Source: Xylographa opegraphella
Lineage: Eukaryota
Direction: 5' to 3'
Assembly: GCA_022813865.1 (NCBI GenBank)
Contig: JALDZX010000097.1
Location: forward strand, 1-44,223
Length of the DNA: 44,223 bases
Shown: positions 1 to 11,133 of the stretch, piece after piece
How the letters are laid out: each line of letters opens with the position of its first letter
Position numbering within the stretch: position 1 is the stretch's first letter
Made by a program: the position numbers and the translations under genes
Notes under the pieces: generated by a model
Seen by the model: the letters and a program-made list of their open reading frames with translations, nothing else
The model's database searches: none
Told to the model about the DNA's origin: nothing

Positions 1-199
1 TGGAGCATTAAGACTGCATCGTGACTTCCTATCTACTCATTGACGAATCCAACCCAGATCCCTAGTCGAACTATACTAGTGAGAGGCAGGATCGTAACAC
101 TGAGGCTTCAGAAGACTCTTCGAGTCCTGTACTAAGCTAGTCCTAATTGGCTATAGTACAAGCCAACAACACAGGCTGCTAACCCCCTGGATTTTCAAC

Positions 200-356
200 A
201 AGTTTTTATATAATTTTATAAATAATATAATATAATAATTAAAATAAATACGATTATTGACGTCGAGGGGTAATACACTAGGTTTTAAAAATTAAAAAAT
301 TAAAAAAATTTAGTTTAATAGTATAAAAATTACTATATAAAATAGAAAGTATCTTC
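200..356. other. AT-rich tract, probable RIP-degraded repeat/transposon remnant
   Basis: Abrupt switch to almost pure A/T with many TpA steps (tttttatataattttataaataatataatataataatt), against roughly 50% GC in neighbouring genes. The flanks are rich in TAG/CTA. RIP origin is inferred; no transposon protein is recognisable. Confidence 0.5.
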
Positions 357-716
357 GATGTCGCGTTCTGAAGTTCCTAGAGATGACTTATTGAAGATGG
401 TTACCCCGCTGCCGCAAACTTTTGACCTAGTACTGTATGCCTTAGAGAAGGGCCCCGGGGGACAAGACGTGGTAATAACTAAAATAGGGGGGTTTGCCCG
501 CATGCCAGGCGATCGAGCCGACCGAGCCGATGACGCTCGCTCAAACGTGCATGGTCCGAGTTGTCAATTATTATTGAAATTATCTAGGTATATTGTCCGT
601 GAAACGTGCAGTCGAGCCGGCCTGGACTCTGCTTGTCGTCTAAGGAGCCAGCAGCACGATGACTGACATGCTGTGCTGAACTGTTTGCGGAGCCTGCTAG
701 ACGCCAAGCTGCTATA

Positions 717-2697
717 ATGCCTTCAGCGACGAGGCGATGGCTGTCCCTCGGCTTGGTTGCAGTAGTGATCGTCCTTGGGCTCTATCACTACATCAGTCTT
801 GACCAGCCGTTGGCAGTCAATGGACCCACACCAGTTGCGCCGATGAACAGTCAGTTCCAGTGGCAGGATGTCAGCCAGCAGTACCCGGTATCGTCGATGA
901 TGGCCCTGCCTACAGCTCGGCCCCTTATTATTCCCACAGTCCAGTTCGATTTCAGTTGGAGGCAAGAGTCCAAGGAAGAAAAAGACAAGCGAGAAGCCAG
1001 GCTCAAGGCTGTTAAAGAGAGCTTCGCGCACGCGTGGGAAGGATACAAGGCCCACGCGTGGATGAAGGATGAGGTCGGTCCTCTGTCCGGTGGAAGCCGG
1101 GATACCTTTGGCGGATGGGCAGCTACATTGGTTGACTCACTGGACACACTATGGATTATGGGCTTCAAAAAGGAGTTTATGAATGCTGTTAGCTCTCTTG
1201 ACAGCATTGACTTCAGCAGGTCATCGGGAGAGGAGATCAATGTTTTTGAGACTACCATCCGATATCTTGGTGGATTCCTTTCCGCTTATGATTTGAGCGG
1301 CCACCCTTCCCTGTTGACAAAAGCGATCCAGCTGGGAGAAATGCTATATGTTGCTTTCGACACTCCGAATCGAATGCCGAACACGCGTTGGAGGTGGAAG
1401 GAGTGAGTTGTGCCATGGCGTCCAATTGATATAGACTGAATAGGTTCCTAGTGCCGCCGCTGGAAAACCTCAGGAGGCGGCAGCTTATACAATCGTGGCC
1501 GAGATCGGGTCGCTCTCATTGGAGTTCACCCGCTTATCGCAGCTCTCAGGCGATCCGAAGTACTTCGATGCCGTTCAGCGAATAACAGAGCAGTTTCTAC
1601 AATACCAGAATCAGACGAGGCTCCCCGGTATGTGGCCGGTGATAGTGACGCCCGACAACGCCGATTTCGTGTCGGATAACACGTTTTCCCTGGGGGCCAT
1701 GTCGGACTCATTGTATGAGTACTTGCCAAAAGTAGAAGCTTTAATCTCTGCTAGTAGATCGTAACCGGCTAACGGCTGCCAGCAATACATGCTCTTGGGA
1801 GGACTGCACAACGAGTATCGTGAAATGTACGAAGCTGGCATAGCCACGGCAAAACAGCACAACTTCTTCCGGCCGTTGAATAAGGATAACTTGGATATTC
1901 TTGTCTCGGGTCTGGTGAAAGTATATGATGAGAAGGCTGAACTGGTCCCCGAAGGACAGCACCTGGTGTGCTTTGCGGGAGGTATGATGGGCATCGCTTC
2001 GCAAATCTTTGATCTCGATGACATGTCTACCGCACGAAAACTGGTGGACGGCTGCGTTTGGGCTTACGAATCAACGCTGGCGAAAATCATGCCTGAAACA
2101 TTCCGACTCATTCCATGCAAAGGGGATTGCTCGTGGGACGAGGCCGAATGGCACAAGGAAGTGCTAAATTATCAAATAGGCTCCGGTGAATCTGCAAACG
2201 ATATCATTCTAGAGAGACGGCTCCCGCCAGGCTTTACCGATATAATGGATAGAAGCTATATCCTGAGGCACGTTTTGGAGCGAATATTTCCTGCTTATGA
2301 ACTAACCCCGTCTTAGACCAGAAGCTATCGAGTCTATCTTCATTCTTTATCGAATCACCGGTGACACGACTTTGCAGGACAAGGCCTGGAACATGTTCCA
2401 GGCTATCGAAAAGCACACCCGGACAGACATCGCACACGCCTCCTTGATCGACGTCACTCTCCCTGCTCCAGCCAAATCGGACCGAATGGAAAGTTTCTGG
2501 ACCGCAGAGACGCTCAAGTATTTCTTCTTAATCTTCAGCGAGCCCAATGTTATCAGTCTTGATGAATATGTGCTGTAAGCTTTCACGGCACGGTCTCAGG
2601 GACGGTGTGGTTGTTGACTTATTGCGATAGCAATACCGAGGCACATCCATTCAAAAGACCTTCTCCATCATGGGGCTGGAATACAAAAGGCACATGA
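717..2697 (+). CDS. Glycoside hydrolase family 47 (class I alpha-1,2-mannosidase), type II membrane protein, 5 exons
   Basis: N-terminal TM anchor; GH47 motifs HAWEGY, GGWAATLVDSLDTL, VFETTIRYLGG, AEIGSLSLEF, DSLYEY, HLVCFAGG, YILRPEAIES, MESFWTAETLKY, NTEAHP. Exons 717-1402, 1452-1731, 1783-2267, 2317-2574, 2631-2697 join in frame. Confidence 0.95.
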
Positions 2698-3481
2698 TCA
2701 AGACGACTTGTTTCTTGACTGGGGATGGACTCTGAAGTATCCATTGTATCAAAACATCCGGAGTCGAGTCGTCCTTGAGTCGCAAGGTCCGTAAGTCGAA
2801 GTGATACTTATATACCCTTGATTCCAGCCTTTGCGGAAAACTCGCGTGCAGGCTTGTGTATAACGTCAGCCCTTCCCTCAACCGGCAGTAGGTTGGTCTT
2901 CTCCAAGCTTGGAGCGATTGGTGGCCGCCGAGATCGCATACTGCTTCAGGCACCAATGCAAGGACTCATCGGAACGTTCCCCTTTCTACTATTCATTGTA
3001 TGAACGGATGACCACGTCACCTCCGAAGGCTTCTGGCTCTCCAGGTATGCTCAGGCCGAAAGCACTGTGGGCGCAGATAGTTTCATAGGCGACAAGGAGG
3101 CAGCGCTGCTTCCAGCGCCGTGCTCATACCTTCGAAGCCGGGGAGGATAGTCTCAACCGCTTTTGAAAATACCGGCCAGTCCGATTTTGAGTGCGGGCGG
3201 ACTTCGACAATGGGAAGGTCGGGTCGTTGACTGTGGGTGGGACTGAGATATGAGTGGGAGATGATGATGATGATGGGCCTTGCCGTAGCTCTGGATCACA
3301 CTGCCGCTGAAGCTACACACGGCCGTCCAGCGGGTGCGATCGGATCCTTTATGGTCAAAGAACAATGTGGTTACACGCGAAATGCCAAGTCGCGTCTGCT
3401 CGGCAAGAGGTAAAGGCCGCCAGATCACAGACGCAGTATTCTCTAAGGAGTTATATGTGATTGATGCGATCTGGTGGAATT

Positions 3482-4411
3482 CTACATCAGTTGAAGGCGA
3501 TATGCTGTTGTGGTGATATGAAACCTAGTATTAGTAGCATTGGGTAAGGAGAAAATACAAGTTGTCATCACGGGGGGGGTCTTGGGGTGCTTCAAGCGAC
3601 GGATCCCGAGACTTGGTGTTTTTAACATCCAAAACTCTGCCTCGCTCGCGGTTTCATCAACCGTAGAGTCACTTTTGTATTCATCGTAATCGGATCCAGC
3701 CGACTCCTTGAGGCGTGCATTCCTCTGTCGCCGAGCGGCTTTCCGGGCAGCCGTTGCTCTTTGCACTTGCTCTTCCCTCTGCCTCTCTACCTCGAGCCGA
3801 CGCCCGCTGTCCGCAATCTCTCCACAGCGTCGACAGAACAGGTTATATTTCCCAACTATCGCAGCTTCGATGCCCGTTTTGAAGGTGCGGCACCGTTGAC
3901 AATACACAGCCGTTTGGGTTTGGGTATCGCACCTCGATCCGGGCTGATAGAGATTGTGCTCCGGACTCAGACCGCAATCAAGGCAAAATGCGCTGCACGC
4001 TCGGCTGAGTTTCATATTTTTCTTGGCGAAAAGGGTTGGAGATCGGAGACGAAGGCAGTAGGCACATGGCTTGAGTTCTCGACGAGCAAGAAATTGGTCA
4101 GACTCGGCGGCCTCAACCATCTCACCCATCAAGGAATAGTATGGAGGCGTAAAGACATGCCCAGCACCAAAGTTTTCTCGATGTTGAGGATGGCATTGGA
4201 TATACTTTGATGGGTCCAAGTCGATGACCTCGCGGAAGTAGGGATGCGTTGCATGGAGGACTTGCAGAGTCGGGAATGGTAGGCGATCGAAGATTCGTGT
4301 TCTTAATCCGAAAGGCAAAGTAAGAAGCCCAGAAACGTACGTGGCGGTGCCTTCTGGTATATCCATGATGGAGGAGGGGGTGTCGACTTTTCCCGACAGT
4401 CGGCGAGACAT
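3482..4411 (-). CDS. Fungal F-box protein with CxxC-rich domain and coiled C-terminus
   Basis: F-box-like LLTLPFGLRTRIFDRLPFPTLQVLHATHPYFREVI, followed by PCAYC, FCLDC, YCQRC and FCRRC pairs and an R/E-rich helix. Start (ATG 4411 or 4366) and the 3' end are uncertain. Confidence 0.7.
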   Translation of the reverse strand: MSRRLSGKVDTPSSIMDIPEGTATYVSGLLTLPFGLRTRIFDRLPFPTLQVLHATHPYFREVIDLDPSKYIQCHPQHRENFGAGHVFTPPYYSLMGEMVEAAESDQFLARRELKPCAYCLRLRSPTLFAKKNMKLSRACSAFCLDCGLSPEHNLYQPGSRCDTQTQTAVYCQRCRTFKTGIEAAIVGKYNLFCRRCGEIADSGRRLEVERQREEQVQRATAARKAARRQRNARLKESAGSDYDEYKSDSTVDETASEAEFWMLKTPSLGIRRLKHPKTPPVMTTCIFSLPNATNTRFHITTTAYRLQLM

Positions 4412-5029
4412 GCGGATCTGGGAAGTCCACGGCTCGTGTAGTACAAGTGAGGAGTGAGTGTATCTGTATCTCGCTGTGTGACTCCGTCTGCACGCTGAGT
4501 AATCGTGTAAAAGTGTCAGCCTTGTTCTTCGACGGACAATGATATATGTCATAAATCTGCGTAAGTATTTGGAGCATCACTGCCGCGAATATCCGAGGCA
4601 GCTACGGGAGAAGCGTACATAAAACGTTCACACGGCATTTATACTTTCCTTGGATTTCAAGGCTTTATACGAAAGACCAGTAGTTTTTCATAAGTAACTA
4701 TACTTGGTAGAAGAGAGAGCCGGTGGTATATATGGTCGAGAAAGTGAAGGACACATACTATAGCTGGTTGTCTCAGCAGAATCAGGCTAAAGGTGTCCCG
4801 ATGTGCTCGTATCCACAGTAATGGCGACATGACGGCCGAATATTTCATAAAATTTAGTTTATACGCAGATAGCGGCGGGTGGTATTGTCGTCTGTCTTCT
4901 GATAACATGTTGGTGACTTTCTAGTTAGCCAGATGCAAGACATCATACTTCTCATGGACACGTAATCGATGAGGCGACACGTTCGGGGTAAGGCTGCCAT
5001 TCAAAACCGATTTAGACCAGAATCTTTCT

Positions 5030-5123
5030 CGAGCTCATGCTCGATTCACGAGGCAGTAGAATCCCTGGTTCAGGAAATTGCCCGAGCTCACGCTCGATTC
5101 ATGAGACAATAAAAACCCGGTTC
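5030..5123 (-). repeat. Imperfect tandem duplication of the last ~41 nt of the CAP59-like CDS
   Basis: Minus strand: gaaccgggtttttattgtctcatgaatcgagcgtgagctcg (5123-5083) versus gaaccagggattctactgcctcgtgaatcgagcatgagctcg (5071-5030). Confidence 0.8.
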
Positions 5124-6697
5124 CTCAAGACCAGGATGCTTCATTCTCCAGCTACGAAGTCTCCGTCGAGCTGTCCATGTGGTATATATCGTCGAATTGC
5201 ACCAGCGCCAGAGTCGATTCGTCCATGTCCCGACAATTCCCGCGACCCGACTCGGACGAGCAGCGAGGTTACCGGAGCAGCTCCCTCGCACGCTCGGATT
5301 CAGCCAGACTCCTGTGTTGAAGATTGATCTTCCAAGACGATCTTCCGAGATGTTGTACGGGTTGTCCGCGTGGATCAGACAGCGTTCGGAGGCTTGAAAA
5401 TTGAATTCTGCCAGCGAATCAGGTATACCGCGAAAGACGACGTTTCGATAGAAGGGCATCGCGTCAAAAGCCACTGCAGAGTAGGTTAGAATTTACTTCT
5501 GGCTGTCGAGATACATTGTGAATATATGTGATATGTAGATGATTAAAAATGAGACACGAGAAGTACTAAAGACGTCAAACACGAGAAGAATCAGAATAAG
5601 ACGTCAAAGAAGTCAGGTACGGGAAGTACTAGAATACGACATCGAAGAAAATATGACAGAGCGCACAAAGGGTGGTTCGGATCGTGATGTATCCCAAGCT
5701 CGGTATTTGTGGACTAAAACATAGTTCCAGCATTGTAGGGCATCAAAAATCACTGATTTCTCTGCCAGTCTTCATGAAATCGTGACACGATGAACGAGAT
5801 TAGAACGTGACCGGAGAGGGGACGCAACTCGCTTGGAACGACTGACCCAATCCGCTCCAACAACTTAGTACTGGAATAGCCTCCTCAGCGATGGCTGCGT
5901 TCCTTGATGCCTCTGATCGGAAATAGGGGAACTTCCAAACGATAGGCCCGTGGCCTTCGGAGTCTCTCAAGGCGATAGTTTCACAGAGACGGCCAGAAGC
6001 ATCCAAGTCAAGCGCGCAGGCGGCGCCAAAGGCACCATGACGAGTACTCAGCAGCTCCCGGACATCCTGCCACTGTTCAGGTCAGTCTGCGCGATCACGA
6101 CGCAACAGGAAATCGTCTAACCGAGAAGGGGGCACTTTCGACAAACAGGATTCGGTCAAACCGAGTGCCTTGCAACGCAAGCTCAATCATCGGTCTCAAC
6201 ACCCGGTTCCGCATCTCTGCCATGTGGTGCACATACGCGGTCGCTGGCGGTGGAGCGGATAAGGCCTGGGCGGTCCATGTCTGATTGAAGGCATTGATGT
6301 TCTCGTCGTTGGCAAAGGTAATGGAATGCTGCACGCCCAGAAGGTCCAGATCCCTTTGGAGCTGCTCCAATTCGTTCCGGGACCCCTTTTCATCGGCAAC
6401 CTGATAGACGGAGACATGGACCTTGTCGCTAGCGAGGTGAGCTGCCACACTTTCTACCGCGCGACGCCAGGCGTGGGGGACATCCGAGGCAGCTCCAGCA
6501 TTGATGCTCGCAATGAAGACGCTGGGTAACTCATTGTCCTGTAGAAGCTGGGCTGGAGGGCGGGTGTCTGGCTTCGCATTGCTACGGAGAAGCATCACAA
6601 GATCGATGGAGAAAACAACGAGCAGACAGAGAAGCAAGAGGCGGGTGACTGTCCTCCATCGGCGCCGAGTCGAAGGCCGGAGATGGAGCTGTGGCAT
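5088..6697 (-). CDS. CAP59/CMT1-like (GT69) alpha-1,3-mannosyltransferase homologue, divergent, 3 exons
   Basis: TM anchor, then VFIAS, MAEMRNRVLRP, AACALD, ALRDSEG, PYFRS, PVLSCWSGLVAFDA, FRGIPDSLA, ASERCLIHADNP, GVWLNPSVR. Exons 6697-6122, 6072-5847, 5473-5088; second intron 373 nt with TCTAAC branch site. Confidence 0.85.
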
Positions 6698-6751
6698 GTC
6701 GCGCCATAAAGTATGCAGTGAAAGTGCAGACCCGAGATGGGAGGGACCGGG

Positions 6752-6775
6752 GCAAGCAAGCAAGCAAGCAAGCAA
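6752..6775. repeat. (GCAA)6 microsatellite
   Basis: gcaagcaagcaagcaagcaagcaa just upstream of the CAP59-like start. Confidence 0.85.
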
Positions 6776-7570
6776 AGCGCTTTTTATTTACATACGGAAG
6801 CTCAAATTAATCATCCTCGGGTTGGAATATGGTAGAGAATATGAGCATCATCGGTGGGTAAGCTGCTTGCTCTTTCGGGTTAGCTCGTCGGGCGAATGAA
6901 GGAGGACGACTTACGCCCTCGGACGCCTCCGTACGGAGTATCTTACTCAAGGTAGAACGGGAGACAGGAACACCGAAGAAGCAACTGATTTGGATTGCAC
7001 TTTCAAGCAACTCTGCCCACAAATGTCTTGAGAATCTGGAATTGATTTGCATTGCTGAACCGTCCACCCCTTCCGCCTCTCCGCCCTTCTCACTACACTT
7101 CTTTTCATCGTGAGGTTAACCTTCACCCCCTCCTTCGGATCACCTCTTCCTCCCCGTAAACTGCCCTAATCCCCAACCCCACGAACAGTCTAAACATGAG
7201 AACAAATGCAAGCACAAAGACACCGGCCACAGCAAAGGCAGAGAGTAGATACAACCCATATAGAGTCAACCCTGTCCAGCCCCTCACCCTGGGAGACACC
7301 CATCCTCCCAAACCACTACACATCCAAAACCAGACCCATTCTCTTTTTCATACCTCCCCCTCTCCCCATGTCTAGTCTGACCACAAACCAAAGCGACCTC
7401 CACTCTTCCAAGCCCTTATATGTAAAGCCCTTACCTACCTTACCTTATCTATCCGACAGATGAAAATCCGCCCTCCGCTCTGATTGGCCGCATCGGTCAG
7501 CCGCGGCATGGACAGGGAAAAGTCCCGGACCGTTGCTGGTAAGTCCGTGGACGCATGAAGCGAGCATGCT

Positions 7571-7610
7571 GAGAGAGAGAAAAAGAGAGAGAGAGGGGGA
7601 GAGGAGAGAG
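7571..7610. repeat. Imperfect (GA)n purine tract
   Basis: gagagagagaaaaagagagagagagggggagaggagagag. Confidence 0.75.
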
Positions 7611-8236
7611 CGGCGTGGGTTGGCGGGGTCGGGATCCGAAAAGAGCCGCCACTTGTGGTTCATGCTGCTCCGGTGATGATTATGGCATCTCTCGTGCAGC
7701 TGGGTGGGGGTGGGTCAGGTACACTCATGGTGGGCCGTGTGCTCACTACCCACTGTACTTTCGTATATATGGAGCTGCCTGCCCGTCCCCGCCCCGCGCG
7801 TGACGCTTCTCTCGACACGATGCTTCTACAAATCGCGACAGGCCTTTACGGGCAATCACCACAAGGGTATCATCTCATCAGAGTCTGTGATGCTGATGCT
7901 TTTGGGAATTCTATCAAGAGACGGCTCCATCCGGTACAGATCCCCGGGAAGCCAGCGCCCTCCAATCTACCTCGTCCAATCTTCTACCTCACTCCCAGCA
8001 CTGCACTCGTCTCGCACCAACACTCACGGCCCCACACGCATTCTCCAAGAAGAGGGTGCACTGGCCATGCGGGCTCAAAGAAAAAGAAACTCCATAGCCG
8101 ATCAAACTCCGGTCTAATGTGTCCGTGTCGGTTCGACCGACAGGCAACCCGTCAAGGCGTCGTCTCATACTCGCATTGGCCGTGAGATGCTCACCCTGCC
8201 ATCACCCCCCTTCCCTCCCATTCGTCAGCGCGGACC

Positions 8237-9733
8237 CTACGACTGCGCCGCGAGCGCCTCCACTTTCTGGGGCGGTACACCGTGACCGTTGCGGTTGCGG
8301 TAGAAGAGGACGCTCTTGGCCTCGCCCACGCTGCCCTCCGACGGCTCCACCCACTGGCACCATCGGGCACTCTTCCAGATGCTCCTGAGGAAGCCGATCG
8401 ATCCCCCCTCCACATCGGACCGGTAGTGTACGCCCATAACCTTCTTGATGGCCTCCGAGGCCTCGTCGGCATGGTAAAAGGGAATGGTGGAGACGTAGTG
8501 GTGGAGGACGTGTGTTTCGACGATGCCGTGGAGGAGTTGACGACCGATGAAGCCGAATTCCCGGTCGATCGTGGCCGCGGCGCCGCGGGTATAAGTCCAC
8601 GCCTCGGGCTCGTAATGCGGGAGCGACGGGTCGGTGTGTTGAAGGAAGGTGATGGCGACTGAGACGGTCAGCGGGGCAACAACAAGCGCGGGACACGATA
8701 ACAGCTACGCACCCAACCAGTGGTTGACCCAGAGGTATGGCAGGATGTACCAGACGGTCAAGTTGGCCCATCCGTACTTGGCTCCGATGGTGACCAGCAC
8801 GCTCAGGGTGATGGCAAGACCGACGTCGCTCAACCAGATCAGCTTCTCATCCTTCGCCTCATACAACGGACTCGACGGGTTGAAGTGGTTGACGCCGCCG
8901 AACGGGCCGTTCTGCTTGCCTTTGCCACGACCCTCGGGCTGACGCTCATGCTTGTTGTGGCCGGTGATGTTGCAGGTCAGGTAGTAGAGCCAGCCCCCGA
9001 GTTGTTGCCCGATCAAAGTCCCGGCCGTCACGATGGGCGTCTCCTCGGCCAGCTCGGAGAGTTCATGGACATAGCGGCCTACCTTTGACGCATACTGCTC
9101 ACGGGTCTTGGGCACAAAGACCATGTCCCGCTCGAGGTGGCCGGTGGCCTTGTGGTGCTTGCCATGGGAGATCTTCCAGGAAAAATAGGGGACCAATAGC
9201 GCGGAGTGACACAGCCATCCGACGGTGTCGTTCAGCGTCTTGGACGGGGAAAACGACTGGTGACCACACTCGTGCGCCAACACCCACAGGCCCGTTGCGA
9301 AGAATCCTTGGACGACGGTGTACAGGGCCCAGAGCGCGCCACGGGTCGGGGTGGATGGGATGTTTTCCGGCGTGACGAAGGTGTGGGAAAGGTAGAAAAC
9401 GGTTGCCAGACTCGCGATGTCCCGTGCGACATAGCCCAAGCCCCGCGCGGCCGACCTCTCGAAACAATGGGCGGGGATGGCGTCACGGATGTCCTTGATG
9501 GTGTAATCCGGAAGCTTGAACTCGTTCCCATACGTGTCCAACATCTTGCCGTTCACCTTCTGCAGATCGATGGCGTCGGTCGAGTCCAGCGACGACAGCG
9601 ATGTGGACGAGGGCGACTGGCGCGGGGTGTCGTTGGGGGACGCGGCCATGGAGTTGGAGGCGGTCGAAGGAGCCGAATCCATGGGGTCAACCCGCTGCAG
9701 AGCGAGCCGGCGGGTCACCACGGAGGCGGACAT
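8237..9733 (-). CDS. odeA: Delta-12 (oleate) fatty acid desaturase, 2 exons
   Basis: Three His boxes HECGH, HGKHH and HVLHH; PDYTIKDIRDAIPAHCFERS; VNHWL|VAITFLQHTDP across intron 8712-8659. True start is ATG 9733 (MSASVVTRR), not the GTG at 10153. Confidence 0.95.
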
Positions 9734-10834
9734 GGTGGACGAGAGTGACTGAACGGGGATTATGAGGGACGTGTGAGGAGTCACGGAGGTGGTCGGGAAA
9801 CACGAGACCGGGCAATGAAGTCTCTGGACGTGCGGAATGGGCTGCAATGGTCGGTCAATGGATCCTTTTGTCAACGTCCAAGGTCTGCAACCAGCGGAGA
9901 GCTTTCGGCGATTGCCACGGATGCGGGTCAGGCTCACCAGCGACGACAGGATCCTGACTGACACGCTCTCGACAAACGTAGACAATTGAGGGTTGGAGAG
10001 GGAAGTTGGCAGGGCGTGGGAGAAGTGTGGGAAGAGTGTAGGAGGAGGGAGTGGGTGGAGGGAGAAAAGCCTGAAGCGCTTCTCTGTGCCTGGACTCTTG
10101 GCGGGGGGGCGATGGAGGAGAAAAAGGTTCAGCCAAGCACGGTGCAGATGCACGGAGCAGAGGACCTTACCTTAGCAGGTACAAGTACCTTGAGTACGGT
10201 AAGATATGGTATGGTAAGGTAAGAAGGTACTACGTATGTAGCTTTGTAGGTCGTTCGTACGGAGGCAGGCGCAGTCGAGGCGATCAAAGGTTGGGTGTGC
10301 GATGCACGCTAACCAGTTACAAAACAACAAGCGCAGGGTGGGAGGATGAGGAAGTGGAGGGGACGATCGACAGAGCCAAGTACTGCGGTAGTCGATAGGC
10401 GGTGAGTGGTGTTGAACTCCGGGGAACTGATTATTCTATAGCCTTTTGAGCACTGGTCATGACCACGTTGAGGCGATTCAATGAAGTCATACTTGTAAAA
10501 TATAACAACACTCCGTACTCTTCGCAACAATGTTCTGCCTTCCGCCCATCGATGCTTCCCCCCCCCAGCTGAAATCCTCCCGAAGATCTGCCCTGACGCA
10601 TTCCCCGATTCAGCTGCGCGCGACGCAGTTCAGCTCCCGTCTTGTTCAGCCCGGCGCAAGCCTCGAGGCATCTAGAAAACATTGAACGCTTGGAATGTTG
10701 CACGCTCATTTGTCGTTGGGACTCGCCTTCAAAGTAGTCTATTGGATTTGTTGAGCCGCTAAGACGAGACTGGACTAGACTAAACGAGACTGGGTGGGGC
10801 TAGACTCGTCTCGACTGGACTTGCCGAGCTGGGC

Positions 10835-10990
10835 CGATAAGGCGATAAGGTAACTTATCGTAACCTTAGCAGGGAAAGCACGTGGGGGTCGATCGGACTG
10901 CTCGTTTGGCGACTGGTCCGATGCATGCATTGCATCACGCACGTGCTTCCATTCTTCGCTGCAGCTCGGAGGCGGGACATTGCCTCGGCG
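10835..10990. promoter_or_regulatory. Cluster of candidate TF sites upstream of the desaturase: 3x CGATAAG (GATA), 2x CACGTG (E-box), 1x CCTCGG
   Basis: cgataag at 10835 and 10843, cttatcg at 10854, cacgtg at 10879 and 10940, cctcgg at 10983. Function is inferred only. Confidence 0.35.
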
Positions 10991-11133
10991 GATCTCTTAC
11001 AGGAGAATGATTAAGGTGAGTACCCTCGTACCTAAGTAGTACCTCGATCACGCCTGTCGAAGGATTCACATGCATGACATCTCGTCGCTGTAGCGATGCT
11101 GAGGTATGAAAGGTCTCGAATTCCGCCTCTCCA

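Noticed and set aside
2700..3480. Possible small spliced gene on the minus strand downstream of the F-box gene
   Set aside because: Splice-like signals exist near 3065-3130, but I could not build a convincing protein.
5545..5650. Short imperfect repeats (gaagtacta, aagacgtcaaa) in the long CAP59-like intron, considered as a CRISPR-like array or snoRNA
   Set aside because: Irregular, only two copies of each unit, no constant spacing and no clear box motifs.
9734..10153. 140-codon N-terminal extension of the desaturase in the ORF track
   Set aside because: It starts at GTG and has low-complexity CT-rich UTR composition. Desaturase-like sequence begins at ATG 9733, and part of the region may be a UTR intron.
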